Shown: piece by piece, positions 52,897-64,000 of the stretch | Layout: each line of letters begins with the position of its first letter | Position numbering within the stretch: the stretch's first letter is position 1 | Assembly: GCA_963767925.1 (NCBI GenBank) | Contig: CAVYGB010000010.1 | Coordinates: 1,760,001 to 1,824,000, forward strand | Length of the DNA stretch: 64,000 nucleotides | Source of the DNA: an uncultured delta proteobacterium | GTDB taxonomy: Bacteria; Myxococcota_A; Polyangia; Fen-1088 | Reading direction: 5' to 3' | Translations under genes and position numbers: made by a program | The notes under the pieces: model-generated | What the model saw: the letters and a program-made list of their open reading frames with translations, nothing else | Told to the model about the DNA's origin: nothing | Database searches by the model: none

Positions 52897-54144
52897 TCAG
52901 GGGGCGGGGGGGGTCCAGAAGGCGAAGTTGACGGGCTTGGAGAGCTTGACCTTGCGGGGGGCGGGCTTGAGCTTGCCGGTGGCGGGGTCGATGCGGAAGG
53001 TGACGATGTCGTCGGAGTTCTGGTGGCCGACGAGCAGGAGCTTGCCGCTGGGGTCGATCTTGAAGTCGCGCGGCTCGCGGCCGCCGCTGGGGACGTTCTC
53101 GACCGAGGTGAGCTTGCCCGAGGCCTCGTCGACCGAGAAGACCTGAATGCTGTCGTGGCCCCGGTTGGAGATGTAGACGAAGCGGCCGTCGGCGCTGATC
53201 TGCAGGCCGGCGTTGTTGCTGGGCTTGTCGTACGGCTGGGGGATGGTGCTCAGGGTCTGCAGGGGCTGCGCCTTGAGATCGCCGCTGGCCGGGTCGCGGG
53301 CGAACACCGAGGCCGCGGTGGCGAGCTCGTTGTTGGTAAAGAGGAACTTCTTGCTGGGATGGACGCCCAGGTGGCGGGGGCCGCTGCCCGGCGGCAGGGT
53401 GGCGAAGGGCGCGGCGGCGTGCGGCTTGAGGTGGCCGCTGGCGGCGTCGAGGTCGTAGACCATCACCTTGTCGAGGCCCAGGTCGGCGACGTAGACCACG
53501 CCGGGCGTGGGGCCCTCGGTGATGAAGTGGGCGTGGGCCATGTCCTGGTTGACGTGGGGGCCGTGGGTGCCGGCGTTGGGCACCGTGTTGCCCTCGAGCA
53601 GCCCGCCGTCCGGGCCCACCCGGTAGCTGGAGACGTTGCCGCCGCTGTAGTTGGCGACAAGCACGTGCGCGCCCGAGGCGGTGAGCGAGACGTGGCAGGG
53701 GTCGGCCCCGTGCGAGGAGACCTGGTTGATGAGCTTGAGCTTGCCCGCCTTGTCGATGGTGTAGGCGCTGACCCCGCCCTCGCGCTCGCCGCCGAAGTCA
53801 CCGACCTCGTTGACCGCGTAGAGGTACTTGCCGCCGGGATGCACCGCCAGCCAGGAGGGGTTGTCGGACTTGATGGCCAGCGCGGGCGTGCTCAGCGCGC
53901 CGGTGCGCGTGTCGAGGGTCGCCCGGTAGATCCCCTGGCTCTTGCAGGCCGCGGTGTTCTTGTTCTGGGGCGGGCAGGCCCAGCCGCGGGTGTAGGTGCC
54001 GATGAAAACCGTGACCTTGCCCGGCGGGGTCTGCGCCTGGGCGGCGCTCCCGGCCAGCGCCGCGAAGGTCAGCAAGAAGGCCAGACCGGCGGCCAGGTCG
54101 GAGGCCAGGTGACGGGCCAGGAGGGATCTCGTTGCTGATTTCAT
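52897..54144 (-). CDS. Lactonase family beta-propeller (6-phosphogluconolactonase-like), exported
   Basis: Motifs VFIGTYT, NPSWL, LYAVNE, PCH, VANY.GG, HAH, ADLG.D, GPRH, SNRGHDSI. Confidence 0.88.
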   Translation of the reverse strand: MKSATRSLLARHLASDLAAGLAFLLTFAALAGSAAQAQTPPGKVTVFIGTYTRGWACPPQNKNTAACKSQGIYRATLDTRTGALSTPALAIKSDNPSWLAVHPGGKYLYAVNEVGDFGGEREGGVSAYTIDKAGKLKLINQVSSHGADPCHVSLTASGAHVLVANYSGGNVSSYRVGPDGGLLEGNTVPNAGTHGPHVNQDMAHAHFITEGPTPGVVYVADLGLDKVMVYDLDAASGHLKPHAAAPFATLPPGSGPRHLGVHPSKKFLFTNNELATAASVFARDPASGDLKAQPLQTLSTIPQPYDKPSNNAGLQISADGRFVYISNRGHDSIQVFSVDEASGKLTSVENVPSGGREPRDFKIDPSGKLLLVGHQNSDDIVTFRIDPATGKLKPAPRKVKLSKPVNFAFWTPPAP

Positions 54145-54283
54145 CGGCGAACTCCGCGGGAGCAAATTCCCGCTGGAGTTACGCAACAACCGTGGCCCAG
54201 GTCAAGCGCCGCCCGGGCCGGGCCGGCGGGCCGGGCGGCCGTGACCGGGAAAGTCCGTGTCGATGAGCAGAATCGCCCGAGGC

Positions 54284-55966
54284 TCACGGGGCGACGGAGG
54301 GCGGCGGCGCCAGGCGCTTCCACAGCACCCACTGGCCGTGGGCGCTCACCACGCCGACCGCGCCCGGCGGGACGAAACGCATGGGATCGACGGGCACGCC
54401 CCCCACCGGCAGCTCCTGCAGGAAGTAGTCGTAGCCGGACGCGTGTCGTTCCCACACGAAGGCGCGCGGGTCGCCCCAGGGGGGCGACGGGGGCGGCTCC
54501 TTCATCGTGATCCAGTAGGCCCCGGGGTGACCGCCGAGGTAGGGCACCACCCGGCCGCCCTTGCGGGCGACGTAGATCTGCGGGAGGTAGGGGTGCCCCT
54601 CGGTGTAGTGGTCGTCGGGCAGATCCGGGAACACAAGCACCGACTGGCCGGGCGGGATCGCCGCCAGGGCCGGCTCGAGGCCGACCAGCACCTGGCCGCG
54701 CCAGTAGGTGGCGAAGTCGTAGGTAATGTAGCCGGTCATGGCCAGGCCGGCGGCCAGCGCGGGGGCAGCGGCCCAGGTGGGCAGCCCGCGCGGGCGCACC
54801 CGCACCAGCGCCACCAGCACGAGGAAGAGGGGCATCACGCAGCGGACCCGCACGCCCCACCAGAAGTCCGGCCACATGAGCTTCATGGGCAGAAACAGGT
54901 ACCCCGCCGCGAACAGCGCCGCCGGCCAGCCCAGCCCGGCCACCCGCAGCGGATCCAGCCGCCGCCAGAGGGGCACGCGCGGGGGCGGATCGCCGGGCGC
55001 CGCCTCCGATCGCTCCGCGCCGGGTGCTGGCGCGGTCGCGGTGGCGCCAGCCGGCGCCGGCGGGCGGGCGCCGAACGCCAGGAACGCGGCCAGCGACAGC
55101 AGGGCCACCGCGGGGGCCAGCTCGTCCCAGCCGGTCTCGTACCCGTTGCCCAGCCACTTCAGGAACTGCGCGCCGTCCGACAGCGCCGGCAGGCCCAGGT
55201 TCATCTCGACCAGCACCCGGCGGAGCAGCGACACCTCGCCGGTGCGCCCGCCGAAGAAGCTGCCGGCCCACTGGAAGAGGAACAGCCCCACCGGCAGGAG
55301 GGTCGCCAGGCCCGGCGCCAGCCGCCGCAGGCGCGCGCCCCACCCGCCGCCGCCAGCCAGGGCGGGCCACAGCAGCAGGGGCGCCACCGCCGCCAGGGTC
55401 AGGGCCAGGGGGAACGGGTGCGCCGCCGCCACGAACAGCAACGCCGCCGCCAGGCCGAGGTGGTTGCCCACCCCCGGCCTGTCGATCGACCGCCGCGCGA
55501 AGGCCAGCGCCAGCACGATGCCGGTGATGGCGGCGCTGCTGCCGAGAAAGCCGAACCAGACCTGGTGGTGGTAGCTGACCGGCAGCACCAGCAGCGCCAG
55601 GTGGAGCGGCCGCCCGAACGCCGACAGCAGCAGCAGGACGGCGAGCAGCGGCCCCAGCAGCGAGAACAGCGCCGTGAACACCGTGAAGGCGATGTCCATC
55701 GGCACCCCCACGGCCCCCGCCAGGTAGGCCCACCCGAAGTACAGCGACGACGGATAGGCCCGGATGTCGATGTCGTACAGCTCGCGCACGCGCGCGCCCG
55801 GGTCGTCGCGCAGGGCCAGGGCGCCCCCCAGACCGATCACGCCCGAGGCGTCGTGAAACGGCAGCAGCCGGCCCCCCAGCAGGGGCAGGAGCAGCCCCAG
55901 CACCCCCGCCGCGAGGCCCAGGGCCCACCAGCGCCCCCGGAGGCGCCGCAAGAGAAGCTCACCCAT
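54284..55966 (-). CDS. Polytopic membrane protein (possibly GT-C-like)
   Basis: Roughly 10 hydrophobic segments, LP.HD in the first loop, soluble C-terminal domain. Confidence 0.55.
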   Translation of the reverse strand: MGELLLRRLRGRWWALGLAAGVLGLLLPLLGGRLLPFHDASGVIGLGGALALRDDPGARVRELYDIDIRAYPSSLYFGWAYLAGAVGVPMDIAFTVFTALFSLLGPLLAVLLLLSAFGRPLHLALLVLPVSYHHQVWFGFLGSSAAITGIVLALAFARRSIDRPGVGNHLGLAAALLFVAAAHPFPLALTLAAVAPLLLWPALAGGGGWGARLRRLAPGLATLLPVGLFLFQWAGSFFGGRTGEVSLLRRVLVEMNLGLPALSDGAQFLKWLGNGYETGWDELAPAVALLSLAAFLAFGARPPAPAGATATAPAPGAERSEAAPGDPPPRVPLWRRLDPLRVAGLGWPAALFAAGYLFLPMKLMWPDFWWGVRVRCVMPLFLVLVALVRVRPRGLPTWAAAPALAAGLAMTGYITYDFATYWRGQVLVGLEPALAAIPPGQSVLVFPDLPDDHYTEGHPYLPQIYVARKGGRVVPYLGGHPGAYWITMKEPPPSPPWGDPRAFVWERHASGYDYFLQELPVGGVPVDPMRFVPPGAVGVVSAHGQWVLWKRLAPPPSVAP

Positions 55967-56036
55967 GCCGCCCGGACTGTAGCCCGCCCCCGCCCCGACA
56001 GCGACCTCGCCCGGGTCAGCCCGGGCGGCGGCCGGC

Positions 56037-56918
56037 TCAGATGAGCTGGGCGAGGGCCTCCTCGAGCGAGGCGAGGTAGCTGCGGCCGAACAGGTTGACG
56101 TGCACGAGCAGGGGGTAAAGCTGGTAGAGCGGCAGCCGCTCCTCGTGGCCGGGCTCCAGGGGATAGGCCTCCTGGTAGGCGTCGAACACCCGCGGGGAGA
56201 AGCCGCCGAACAGGCGCATCATCGCCAGGTCGACCTCGCGGTGGCCGCCGTGGACGGCGGGGTCGATCAGGCAGGGGCCGCCGGTCTCGTCGACCATGAG
56301 GTTGCCGCCCCACAGGTCGCCGTGCAGGCGGGCGGGCGGCTCGGGGGGGCCGACCAGGACCTCGAGGGTGTCCATCACCCGCTCGAGGCCCCGCCGGGCC
56401 AGGGGCGAGGCCAGGCTCCGCTCCACCGCCCGCTGGAGCTGGGGGCCCAGCCGGCAGGCCCGGTAGAACTCGGCCCAGGTCTTGTGGGGGACGTTGCGCT
56501 GGGGCAGCAGGCCGATGAAGTTGTCGTGGTCGAGCCCGAAGCCGGGGGCGCTGAACCGGTGCAGCGCCGCCAGGCCGCGGCCCAGGTTCTCGTCGAAGTC
56601 GCGGCGGCGCGGCCCCTGCCGGATGTATTCGAGCACCAGGAAGGTGGGCCCCGCCGCCCCGGCGCCGACCGCCAGCACGCGGGGCAGCCGCAGGGCGCCC
56701 GCCTCGGCCAGCCAGGTGAGCCCCCGGGCCTCGGTCCAGAACATCGGCCGGGGCGCGTCCTTGTTGGTCTTCACGAACACCACGTCGCCGCCGGCCAGCT
56801 CGAAGGCGAAGGCCTCGTTGATGTCGCCGCCGGCCAGGGGCGAGCCCCGGAGCACGGCCTTGCCCAGCGCCTGGCTGACGGCCTGGATGAGGGCGGCGTC
56901 GGGTCCGGCGACCGTCAT
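56037..56918 (-). CDS. Fructosamine kinase family protein
   Basis: Motifs GGDIN, F..EA.GL..L, FG...DNFIG, LHGDLW.GN, IDPA...GHRE.DLAM..LFG. Confidence 0.9.
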   Translation of the reverse strand: MTVAGPDAALIQAVSQALGKAVLRGSPLAGGDINEAFAFELAGGDVVFVKTNKDAPRPMFWTEARGLTWLAEAGALRLPRVLAVGAGAAGPTFLVLEYIRQGPRRRDFDENLGRGLAALHRFSAPGFGLDHDNFIGLLPQRNVPHKTWAEFYRACRLGPQLQRAVERSLASPLARRGLERVMDTLEVLVGPPEPPARLHGDLWGGNLMVDETGGPCLIDPAVHGGHREVDLAMMRLFGGFSPRVFDAYQEAYPLEPGHEERLPLYQLYPLLVHVNLFGRSYLASLEEALAQLI

Positions 56919-57439
56919 GGCAGCCCGTGCTTCTGCCGGAGGTGGGCGAGCAGGCCCCGGCAGGACCGCTCGCAGATGTCGATCACCTCGTCGAACCCCT
57001 CGGGCCCGCCGTAATAGGGATCGGGGACGTCGTTTTCCGCGGGGTCGGCCGGGTCGGCGCCGGCCGGCTCGAAGGCGCGCAGCAGGTGGATCTTGGCCCG
57101 GGCGGCGTCGTCGGGGGCCAGGCGGCGCAGGTTGGCCAGGTTCTGCCGGTCCATGGCCAGGACGTAGTCGAAGCGGGCAAAGTCCGCGGCCTGGAACTGG
57201 CGGGCGGCCCCCGAAAGCGGCATGCCCCGGCGGCGCCCCACCTCGATGCTGCGGCGGTCGCGGGGCGCGCCCACGTGCCAGTCGCCGGTCCCGGCGCTGT
57301 CGATCAACACCCGGTCGGTCAGGCCCGCCTCGCGCACCAGGTGGCGCATGACCGCCTCGGCGGTGGGCGAGCGGCAGATGTTGCCGAGGCAGACGAAGCT
57401 CAGCCGCAGCTTTGCAGGGGCAGGCGCATGGTCGGCCAC
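56915..57439 (-). CDS. Low molecular weight protein-tyrosine phosphatase
   Basis: Motifs FVCLGNICRSP, DSAGT..WH.G, VPDPYYG. Confidence 0.93.
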   Translation of the reverse strand: MADHAPAPAKLRLSFVCLGNICRSPTAEAVMRHLVREAGLTDRVLIDSAGTGDWHVGAPRDRRSIEVGRRRGMPLSGAARQFQAADFARFDYVLAMDRQNLANLRRLAPDDAARAKIHLLRAFEPAGADPADPAENDVPDPYYGGPEGFDEVIDICERSCRGLLAHLRQKHGLP

Positions 57440-57443
57440 GCGC

Positions 57444-58868
<1,425 letters not shown>

Positions 58869-58934
58869 CCGAAGGCCTTTTTATAACACCCACACTGGAA
58901 ACGATCCCGCGCTTTTGGTGTACATTGCCGCCTC

Positions 58935-60317
58935 ATGACGGCCGCTGGTTCCGGTGTCGCGGTGAATGGCCCCACCTTGCGCCGCGCGCTCAAGCTGCGC
59001 CACCTGATCCTCTATGGCGTGGTCGTGATCCAGCCGGTCGCGCCCATGTCCGTGTTCGGGGTGCTCGACCAGCGCAGCCAGGGGCACGCGGTCACCACCA
59101 TCCTCATCGCGATGGTGGCGATGCTGCTGACCGCCTTCAGCTACGGCCGCATGGCCCGGGTCTACCCCAGCGCCGGCTCGGCCTTCACCTACGTGGGCCA
59201 GGAGATCAGCCCCGCCGCCGGCTATGTCACGGGCTGGAGCATGGTCATGGACTACATGCTCAATCCGATGATCTGCATCGTCTGGTGCAGCAAGGCGGCG
59301 ATGGACTTCCTTCCGGGGGTCCCCTTCGGCGTGTTCGCGGTAGCGTTTTTCCTGCTGTTCACCGCGCTCAACCTGCGGGGGGTCGAGGTCTCGGCCCGCT
59401 TCAACACCTTGCTGGCCGCCGCCATGGGCGTGGTCATCATCGTCTTCCTGGTGGCGGCGGTCCGCTACATCCTGGCCCACTTCGACGGGGGGGCCACCGC
59501 CCTCAGCCGCCCGCTCTACGACCCCGACCGCTGGAGCTCCAGCGCGGTGCTCACCGGAACGTCGATCGCGGTGCTCACGTACATCGGGTTCGACGGCATC
59601 TCGACCCTGTCCGAGGAGGTCGAGAACCCCCGCCGCAACATCCTGCTGGCCACCGTGCTGACCTGTCTCGTCATCGGCATCCTCTCGGCGATCGAGGTCT
59701 ACGCCGCCCAGCTCATCTGGCCGGCGGGCGAGCCCTTCCCGAAGGTGGAGACCGCCTTCGCCCACGCGGCCATGCGCGCCGGAGGCTACGGGCTGTTTGT
59801 CGTCATCATGGCCACCCTCATGGTGGCCAACTCCGGCTCGGGCACCGGCGCCCAGCTCGGGGCGGCGCGCCTGCTCTACGGCATGGGTCGCAGCGGCGCC
59901 CTGCCCCGCACCTTCTTCGGCTACCTGTCGCCGCGGACCCGGGTGCCGCGCAACAACGTCATCCTGGTCGGCCTGGTCGCCCTGACCGGCTCGTTCGTGC
60001 TCGAGCTGACGGGTGGCTACGACCTCGGCGCCCAGCTCCTGAACTTCGGCGCCCTCATCGCCTTCATGGGCGTCAACCTGGCCGCCCTCGTGCACTCGGC
60101 CCGCCGCCCCTCGATGCGCACGGTGGGCAACCTGCTGCCGCCCCTGTTCGGCTTCCTGATCTGCCTGGTGCTGTGGGTGAACCTGACCCGCACCGCCAAG
60201 GTCGCCGGGTTCGCCTGGCTGGCGGTCGGGATCGCCTTCGGCGCCTGGAAGACCCGGGGCTTCCGGGGCAACCTGGTCAACTTCGACCTCCCGAGCGACG
60301 ACTCCGGCAAGACCTGA
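58935..60317 (+). CDS. APC family permease (PuuP/PlaP-like)
   Basis: Motifs SYG.MA..YP.AGSA.TY, GFDGISTL.EE..NP, RLLY.MGR. Confidence 0.88.
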   Translation: MTAAGSGVAVNGPTLRRALKLRHLILYGVVVIQPVAPMSVFGVLDQRSQGHAVTTILIAMVAMLLTAFSYGRMARVYPSAGSAFTYVGQEISPAAGYVTGWSMVMDYMLNPMICIVWCSKAAMDFLPGVPFGVFAVAFFLLFTALNLRGVEVSARFNTLLAAAMGVVIIVFLVAAVRYILAHFDGGATALSRPLYDPDRWSSSAVLTGTSIAVLTYIGFDGISTLSEEVENPRRNILLATVLTCLVIGILSAIEVYAAQLIWPAGEPFPKVETAFAHAAMRAGGYGLFVVIMATLMVANSGSGTGAQLGAARLLYGMGRSGALPRTFFGYLSPRTRVPRNNVILVGLVALTGSFVLELTGGYDLGAQLLNFGALIAFMGVNLAALVHSARRPSMRTVGNLLPPLFGFLICLVLWVNLTRTAKVAGFAWLAVGIAFGAWKTRGFRGNLVNFDLPSDDSGKT

Positions 60318-60519
60318 CCGACGCGGGCGACGCGCCCGCTGCCGGTGCGGTGCGCGCGGCGGGCGCACGAGCTGGCCGCTCCTGACGCGTCCGCGAGCGG
60401 CCGCGCGGGGCGCCTTCTCGCGAGGGCGGACCCGCGAGGGAGGTGTCATGCTTTTCGGGGACGAGGCGGTGGATGGTGGGCAGAGGCCGCGGGGTTCCCG
60501 GCGTCACGGGGGTCGGGTC

Positions 60520-60535
60520 CGGCACATGCCCTGCA
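60520..60535 (+). promoter_or_regulatory. Sigma54 promoter candidate
   Basis: CGGCACATGCCCTGCA has correct spacing; GGGAGG RBS and ATG 60564 lie downstream. Confidence 0.55.
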
Positions 60536-60563
60536 ACGGTGGCTGCCCAGGGGAGGTCGCACC

Positions 60564-62012
60564 ATGACGAGTCGAGGTCGGTTCGGAAGCGCGCTGCTGG
60601 TCGTCGCCACGCTCGCCGGCGCCTGCGGGGAGGACGCTCGCGATGAACGCCCGGCGCTCAGCACCTGTGGCCCACCGCCACGCGAGCTGGCAGGTGACCC
60701 GGCCGTCCTCCGTGTGCTGGATGGGCTGCCGCAGCGGCGGATCGTGGACGGGGTCTGGCTGAACGGCTACGACAACACCCGCCTCACCATCGAGCTGGAG
60801 GTCGCCGCGCCCATGTCCGACGACGACCGCTGCGGGCAGCCGCTGCTGGTCCCCGTGACCGCCCGCGTCCGCTCGAGCGACGGCTTCATCGACGCCCGGC
60901 CGGATCAGCTCCGGATCACGGCGAGCGAGATCCTGCTGGAGGTGGCCACACCCGGCGTGCCCGCGCCGTATCTCCAGTTCCAGGACGGCCCCGAGGCCTT
61001 CCGGCGTACCGCCCGCCCGGCGGCGTCCAGCGGGCCCACCCTCCGGATTCGCTTCGCCGAGGGGCTCCCCTTCGGCGAGCCCGCCGTGAGCGCCGATCTC
61101 GCGGTGGAGGGGACACTGGTCGTGGGCCTCTGGTCCAGCGAGCGGAGCCTGATCCCGCGCGGCCCCCACAAGCCCTACCTCGTCCCGCCCGCGCTGGAGG
61201 CCGAGTGCGCCCCGGCCGCCGCTTTCACCTCGGCGAGCGCCCAGTACACGGCGTTTTCCAGCGCAGCCGAGGCGGCCGCCGCCCCGGTCGGCAACTGGAT
61301 CCGCTGCCGCGACGCCGGCGGCAGCCCGCACGCCGGCCTGCAGGTGAGCGCCGACGGCACCTGGCGGCACGCGATCTGGGAGAGCGACCGCTTCGTCATC
61401 CAGCGGGGGCTCACCCACGAGGGGATCGTGCGGCCACCGATCGACACCTCCGAGAACAACGGCCGGCCGGGCCTTTATCAGGTGGATCTGGCGGGCGACC
61501 TCGCGACGCGCGCCACCCGCATCTGGGGTGACCGGATGATCGTATCGGACCTCGCCAGCAACGCGCCCCCCGAGGCGGTCTACGTGCGGACCAGCCGGCC
61601 GTTCGCCGAACGCCCGGTCCCGTTCCAGCCGCGCGAGCGGGCCGGCGCCGCCGCCTGCGCCCACCCGGAAGAGGGGATCGTCGAGATGGCGAGCAGCACC
61701 GAGCTGACCCCGATCCTCGCAGGCCGGTGGACCCTCTGCTCGGGCAACCTGCTCGACGAGCTGGCCGGGATCCACTTCGAAGGCGCCGACAGCGTCACCC
61801 TCACCTACGCCGGCCCCACCCCACCCCGCACCACGACCTACCGCGTGTCGACCAACCCCGGCCCCTTCCCCGGCATCCGCTCCGCGACGCTGATCCTCGC
61901 CGACGACACCACCTGGGAGGTCATCCTCTCCGAACGCCCCCTCAAGATCTTCCTCACCACCCCACCCAGCGAAGCCCACCCCGACCGCGCCTACTTCACC
62001 GCCGTCCCGTGA
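60564..62012 (+). CDS. Hypothetical lipoprotein
   Basis: Lipobox LAGAC; two similar segments (GNWIRC / GRWTLC). Confidence 0.65.
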   Translation: MTSRGRFGSALLVVATLAGACGEDARDERPALSTCGPPPRELAGDPAVLRVLDGLPQRRIVDGVWLNGYDNTRLTIELEVAAPMSDDDRCGQPLLVPVTARVRSSDGFIDARPDQLRITASEILLEVATPGVPAPYLQFQDGPEAFRRTARPAASSGPTLRIRFAEGLPFGEPAVSADLAVEGTLVVGLWSSERSLIPRGPHKPYLVPPALEAECAPAAAFTSASAQYTAFSSAAEAAAAPVGNWIRCRDAGGSPHAGLQVSADGTWRHAIWESDRFVIQRGLTHEGIVRPPIDTSENNGRPGLYQVDLAGDLATRATRIWGDRMIVSDLASNAPPEAVYVRTSRPFAERPVPFQPRERAGAAACAHPEEGIVEMASSTELTPILAGRWTLCSGNLLDELAGIHFEGADSVTLTYAGPTPPRTTTYRVSTNPGPFPGIRSATLILADDTTWEVILSERPLKIFLTTPPSEAHPDRAYFTAVP

Positions 62013-62373
62013 AGCCCCACCCGATCCTCGCCCGCTCGATCGCCTGCGCCGCCCTGGCGGCGGCCGCCTGCCCCTCCCCCGACCGATCAGCACCCCTCGG
62101 CCCCACCTATCGATTCTCGATCAAGCGCGTTCCGCCCTACCTCTCGGCTAGCGTGCCCCTGGCGTCGGTAACAGGGAGGGGAAAGGGGCGATCCCGCCAA
62201 TTTTCGTCGGGGTGGCCTCGACTTCCTGAGCGGGAGGAGTCCTGGCGGGGGCGGGGGGCGGGGGGGATTGTGCGGTTTCCAGGAGGGGCGGGGGCGGGGG
62301 CAGTGCGGAACGGACTTTGCTGACCTCCCGGATCTCCGGCGCGGTTGCCGGAGCTGAACCAGGGAGGCTACCC

Positions 62374-63012
62374 ATGTTTGCAGCACGAATTCCCGCGGCG
62401 CTCTTCGGAGCCGCAATGGCCCTGTCGCTCGGGGCCTGCGACGATCCCGAGGCCATCCGCGACCTCATCGACGATCTTCGGGAGCACGGCGGCACGCCGG
62501 ACCAGGGGGGCGTGGGCGCGAGCTGCGGCGGGCGCGAGCGGCACGCGCGGGCCTGCAAGCCCGACCTGCACTGCATGCCGAAGCCCGGCGCCTGCAACGT
62601 GGCGCAGGAGGCCGGCGTGTGTGAGGTCACCCCCACCGCCTGCAGCCGGGAGTTCGTCCCGGTGTGCGGCTGCGACGGCCAGACCTACAACAACGACTGC
62701 CTCCACCGCGCGGCCAAGGTAGGCCTGGTGCACGCCGGCGCCTGCGGCCGCCCGGTGGCCAAGGAAGGCGAGATGTGCGGGGGCTTCGCGGGCATTCGCT
62801 GTGGTGAGGGGCTATTCTGCGATCCCCCGGCGGACATGTGCCGCGTCTTCGACGTGGGCGGCGTCTGCACCGCCCTCGACCCGGAGGCATGCAAGCTCAT
62901 GCTCGCCGCGCCGGTGTGCGGCTGCGACGGCCAGACCTACGCCAACGACTGCTTCCGCATGAGCGCCGGCATCGCCAAGGCGAGCAACGGCGTCTGCCCC
63001 GCGCAGCCCTGA
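62374..63012 (+). CDS. Lipoprotein with two Kazal-like Cys-rich domains
   Basis: Lipobox LGAC; PVCGCDGQTY.NDC twice; GGGAGG RBS. Confidence 0.85.
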   Translation: MFAARIPAALFGAAMALSLGACDDPEAIRDLIDDLREHGGTPDQGGVGASCGGRERHARACKPDLHCMPKPGACNVAQEAGVCEVTPTACSREFVPVCGCDGQTYNNDCLHRAAKVGLVHAGACGRPVAKEGEMCGGFAGIRCGEGLFCDPPADMCRVFDVGGVCTALDPEACKLMLAAPVCGCDGQTYANDCFRMSAGIAKASNGVCPAQP

Positions 63013-63030
63013 GCGCAGCTTCGTCCCCGC

Positions 63031-63130
63031 CTCACGTTGCTCGTGCACGTTTCGTGCACGTGAGCGGAAGACGTCGAACGTGCACCCCTCACGTGCTCGT
63101 GCACGGAAGACGTGCACCAAAGACGTCGAA
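63031..63130. repeat. Cluster of CGTGCAC(G)/GACGTC palindromes
   Basis: Five GTGCAC copies within about 90 bp; hairpin 63031-63064. Confidence 0.7.
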
Positions 63131-63170
63131 AGCCGCGATTTTCCGGGGGGTTCAAACCGTTCGGCATTCT

Positions 63171-64000
63171 AGAACGCCGAACGGTTTGAAAGAGCAGTAA
63201 TCAAGCGGCCTTCCGGAGCGGGACGCAGGCGTCGAGGCTGCGATCGATCACCTCGAGGTTCTGGACGGCGGCTGCGCGCCTGAGGTCGAAGAGGTTCTTG
63301 CGGGTTCCGCAGTATCAGGCGCGATTGCCCTGCCTACGCCCGAGGTGGGCGAGGCGATGCTCGACGGCGACTCGTTCCCGAAGGCGCTCGCGTCCCTGTG
63401 GCGTGGAGACCAGCTTGCGCAGCCTATGCTGTAGGCGTTCGTTGTCGGCGATGCTCACGGTTCGGCCGCTGCCGGGGCCAGCGGTGGTGCACTTGGTGCG
63501 CTGGGGGCAGCGGACGCAGGCCTCCGGGTTGAATTCGACGTCAGCGCCCAGGTCGATGGGTTCGACCTCGCCCGCTGGACAGGTGATGGTCATCGCGCGC
63601 AGGTTGATCTTGAAGTCGGCCTTGGTGAACAGCGAGCCGTTGCGCGGCACCCAGGGTTTACAGATGACCTGGCCGCCGTAGGCCAGGATCTCGGCGACCA
63701 CCGAACTGGCGATGTAGCCACGGTCGATGTACAGCTCCCAGATGGCACGGCCCTGACGTTCGATGTCCGCCTTGAGCACAGGGGCGGCCTCTTCCTCGGG
63801 CCGTTGGCCGGCGTCATGGTGCAGGCGATGATCAGGTCGGTGTCCAGGTCGGTGGCAATGTGCCGCTGTAGCCATTGAACAGCTTCGTCCTGCTCTTGCG
63901 ACCATGTCGCATGTCCGGATCCTGGATCGACACCCGTCTTTCTGGTGCGACACCCCTGCGAATGCGAGTCCCGCCGCCCACCACCTTCCGGGTCGGGTTC
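63171..64000 (-). mobile_element. IS1182-like DDE transposase element, multiply frameshifted, continues beyond window
   Basis: Motifs D.DMRHGRKS...FNGY..H, IDRGY, ITCPAG, C..CP...C, R..VEH.LAH, KNLFDLRR. Stop at 63201-63203; putative terminal repeat 63171-63190. Confidence 0.8.

Noticed and set aside
62246..62300. G-tract cluster (possible G-quadruplex) upstream of the Kazal gene
   Set aside because: G-runs are common at this GC content and error-prone in long reads; no other support.

Overview
Very GC-rich bacterial DNA, most likely Myxococcota (Polyangia-like): Cys-rich lipoproteins, vWA, LamG and Kazal proteins, Ser/Thr kinases with PEGA, and sigma54-type promoters. The backbone is ordinary (sppA, leuB, nadE, HAD 5'-nucleotidase, ampG, folK, miaB, ZIP, APC permease). 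Many genes carry 1-2 bp frameshifts, probably long-read indel errors. An accessory block at about 7.7-18.0 kb holds a decayed operon (sigma54-driven peptide-like ORF, small membrane protein, NodB, GNAT fragment, two glycosyltransferase-like genes, DsbA-like gene). It also holds a 1600-bp IS5-family element with 22-bp TIRs and a TAA target duplication. This IS carries a passenger four-helix-bundle (Avd/IVP-like) gene and a ~170-nt hexamer-repeat hairpin, and a second truncated copy of its right end lies downstream. Other notable items: a ~1,900-aa HEAT plus glycine-zipper membrane protein, an orphan + strand terminator with a C-rich loop (candidate sRNA), CGTGCACG palindrome clusters, and an IS1182-like remnant with a 40-bp palindromic end junction. 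I saw no rRNA, tRNA or CRISPR array. All family calls come from motif recognition by eye, not database searches.
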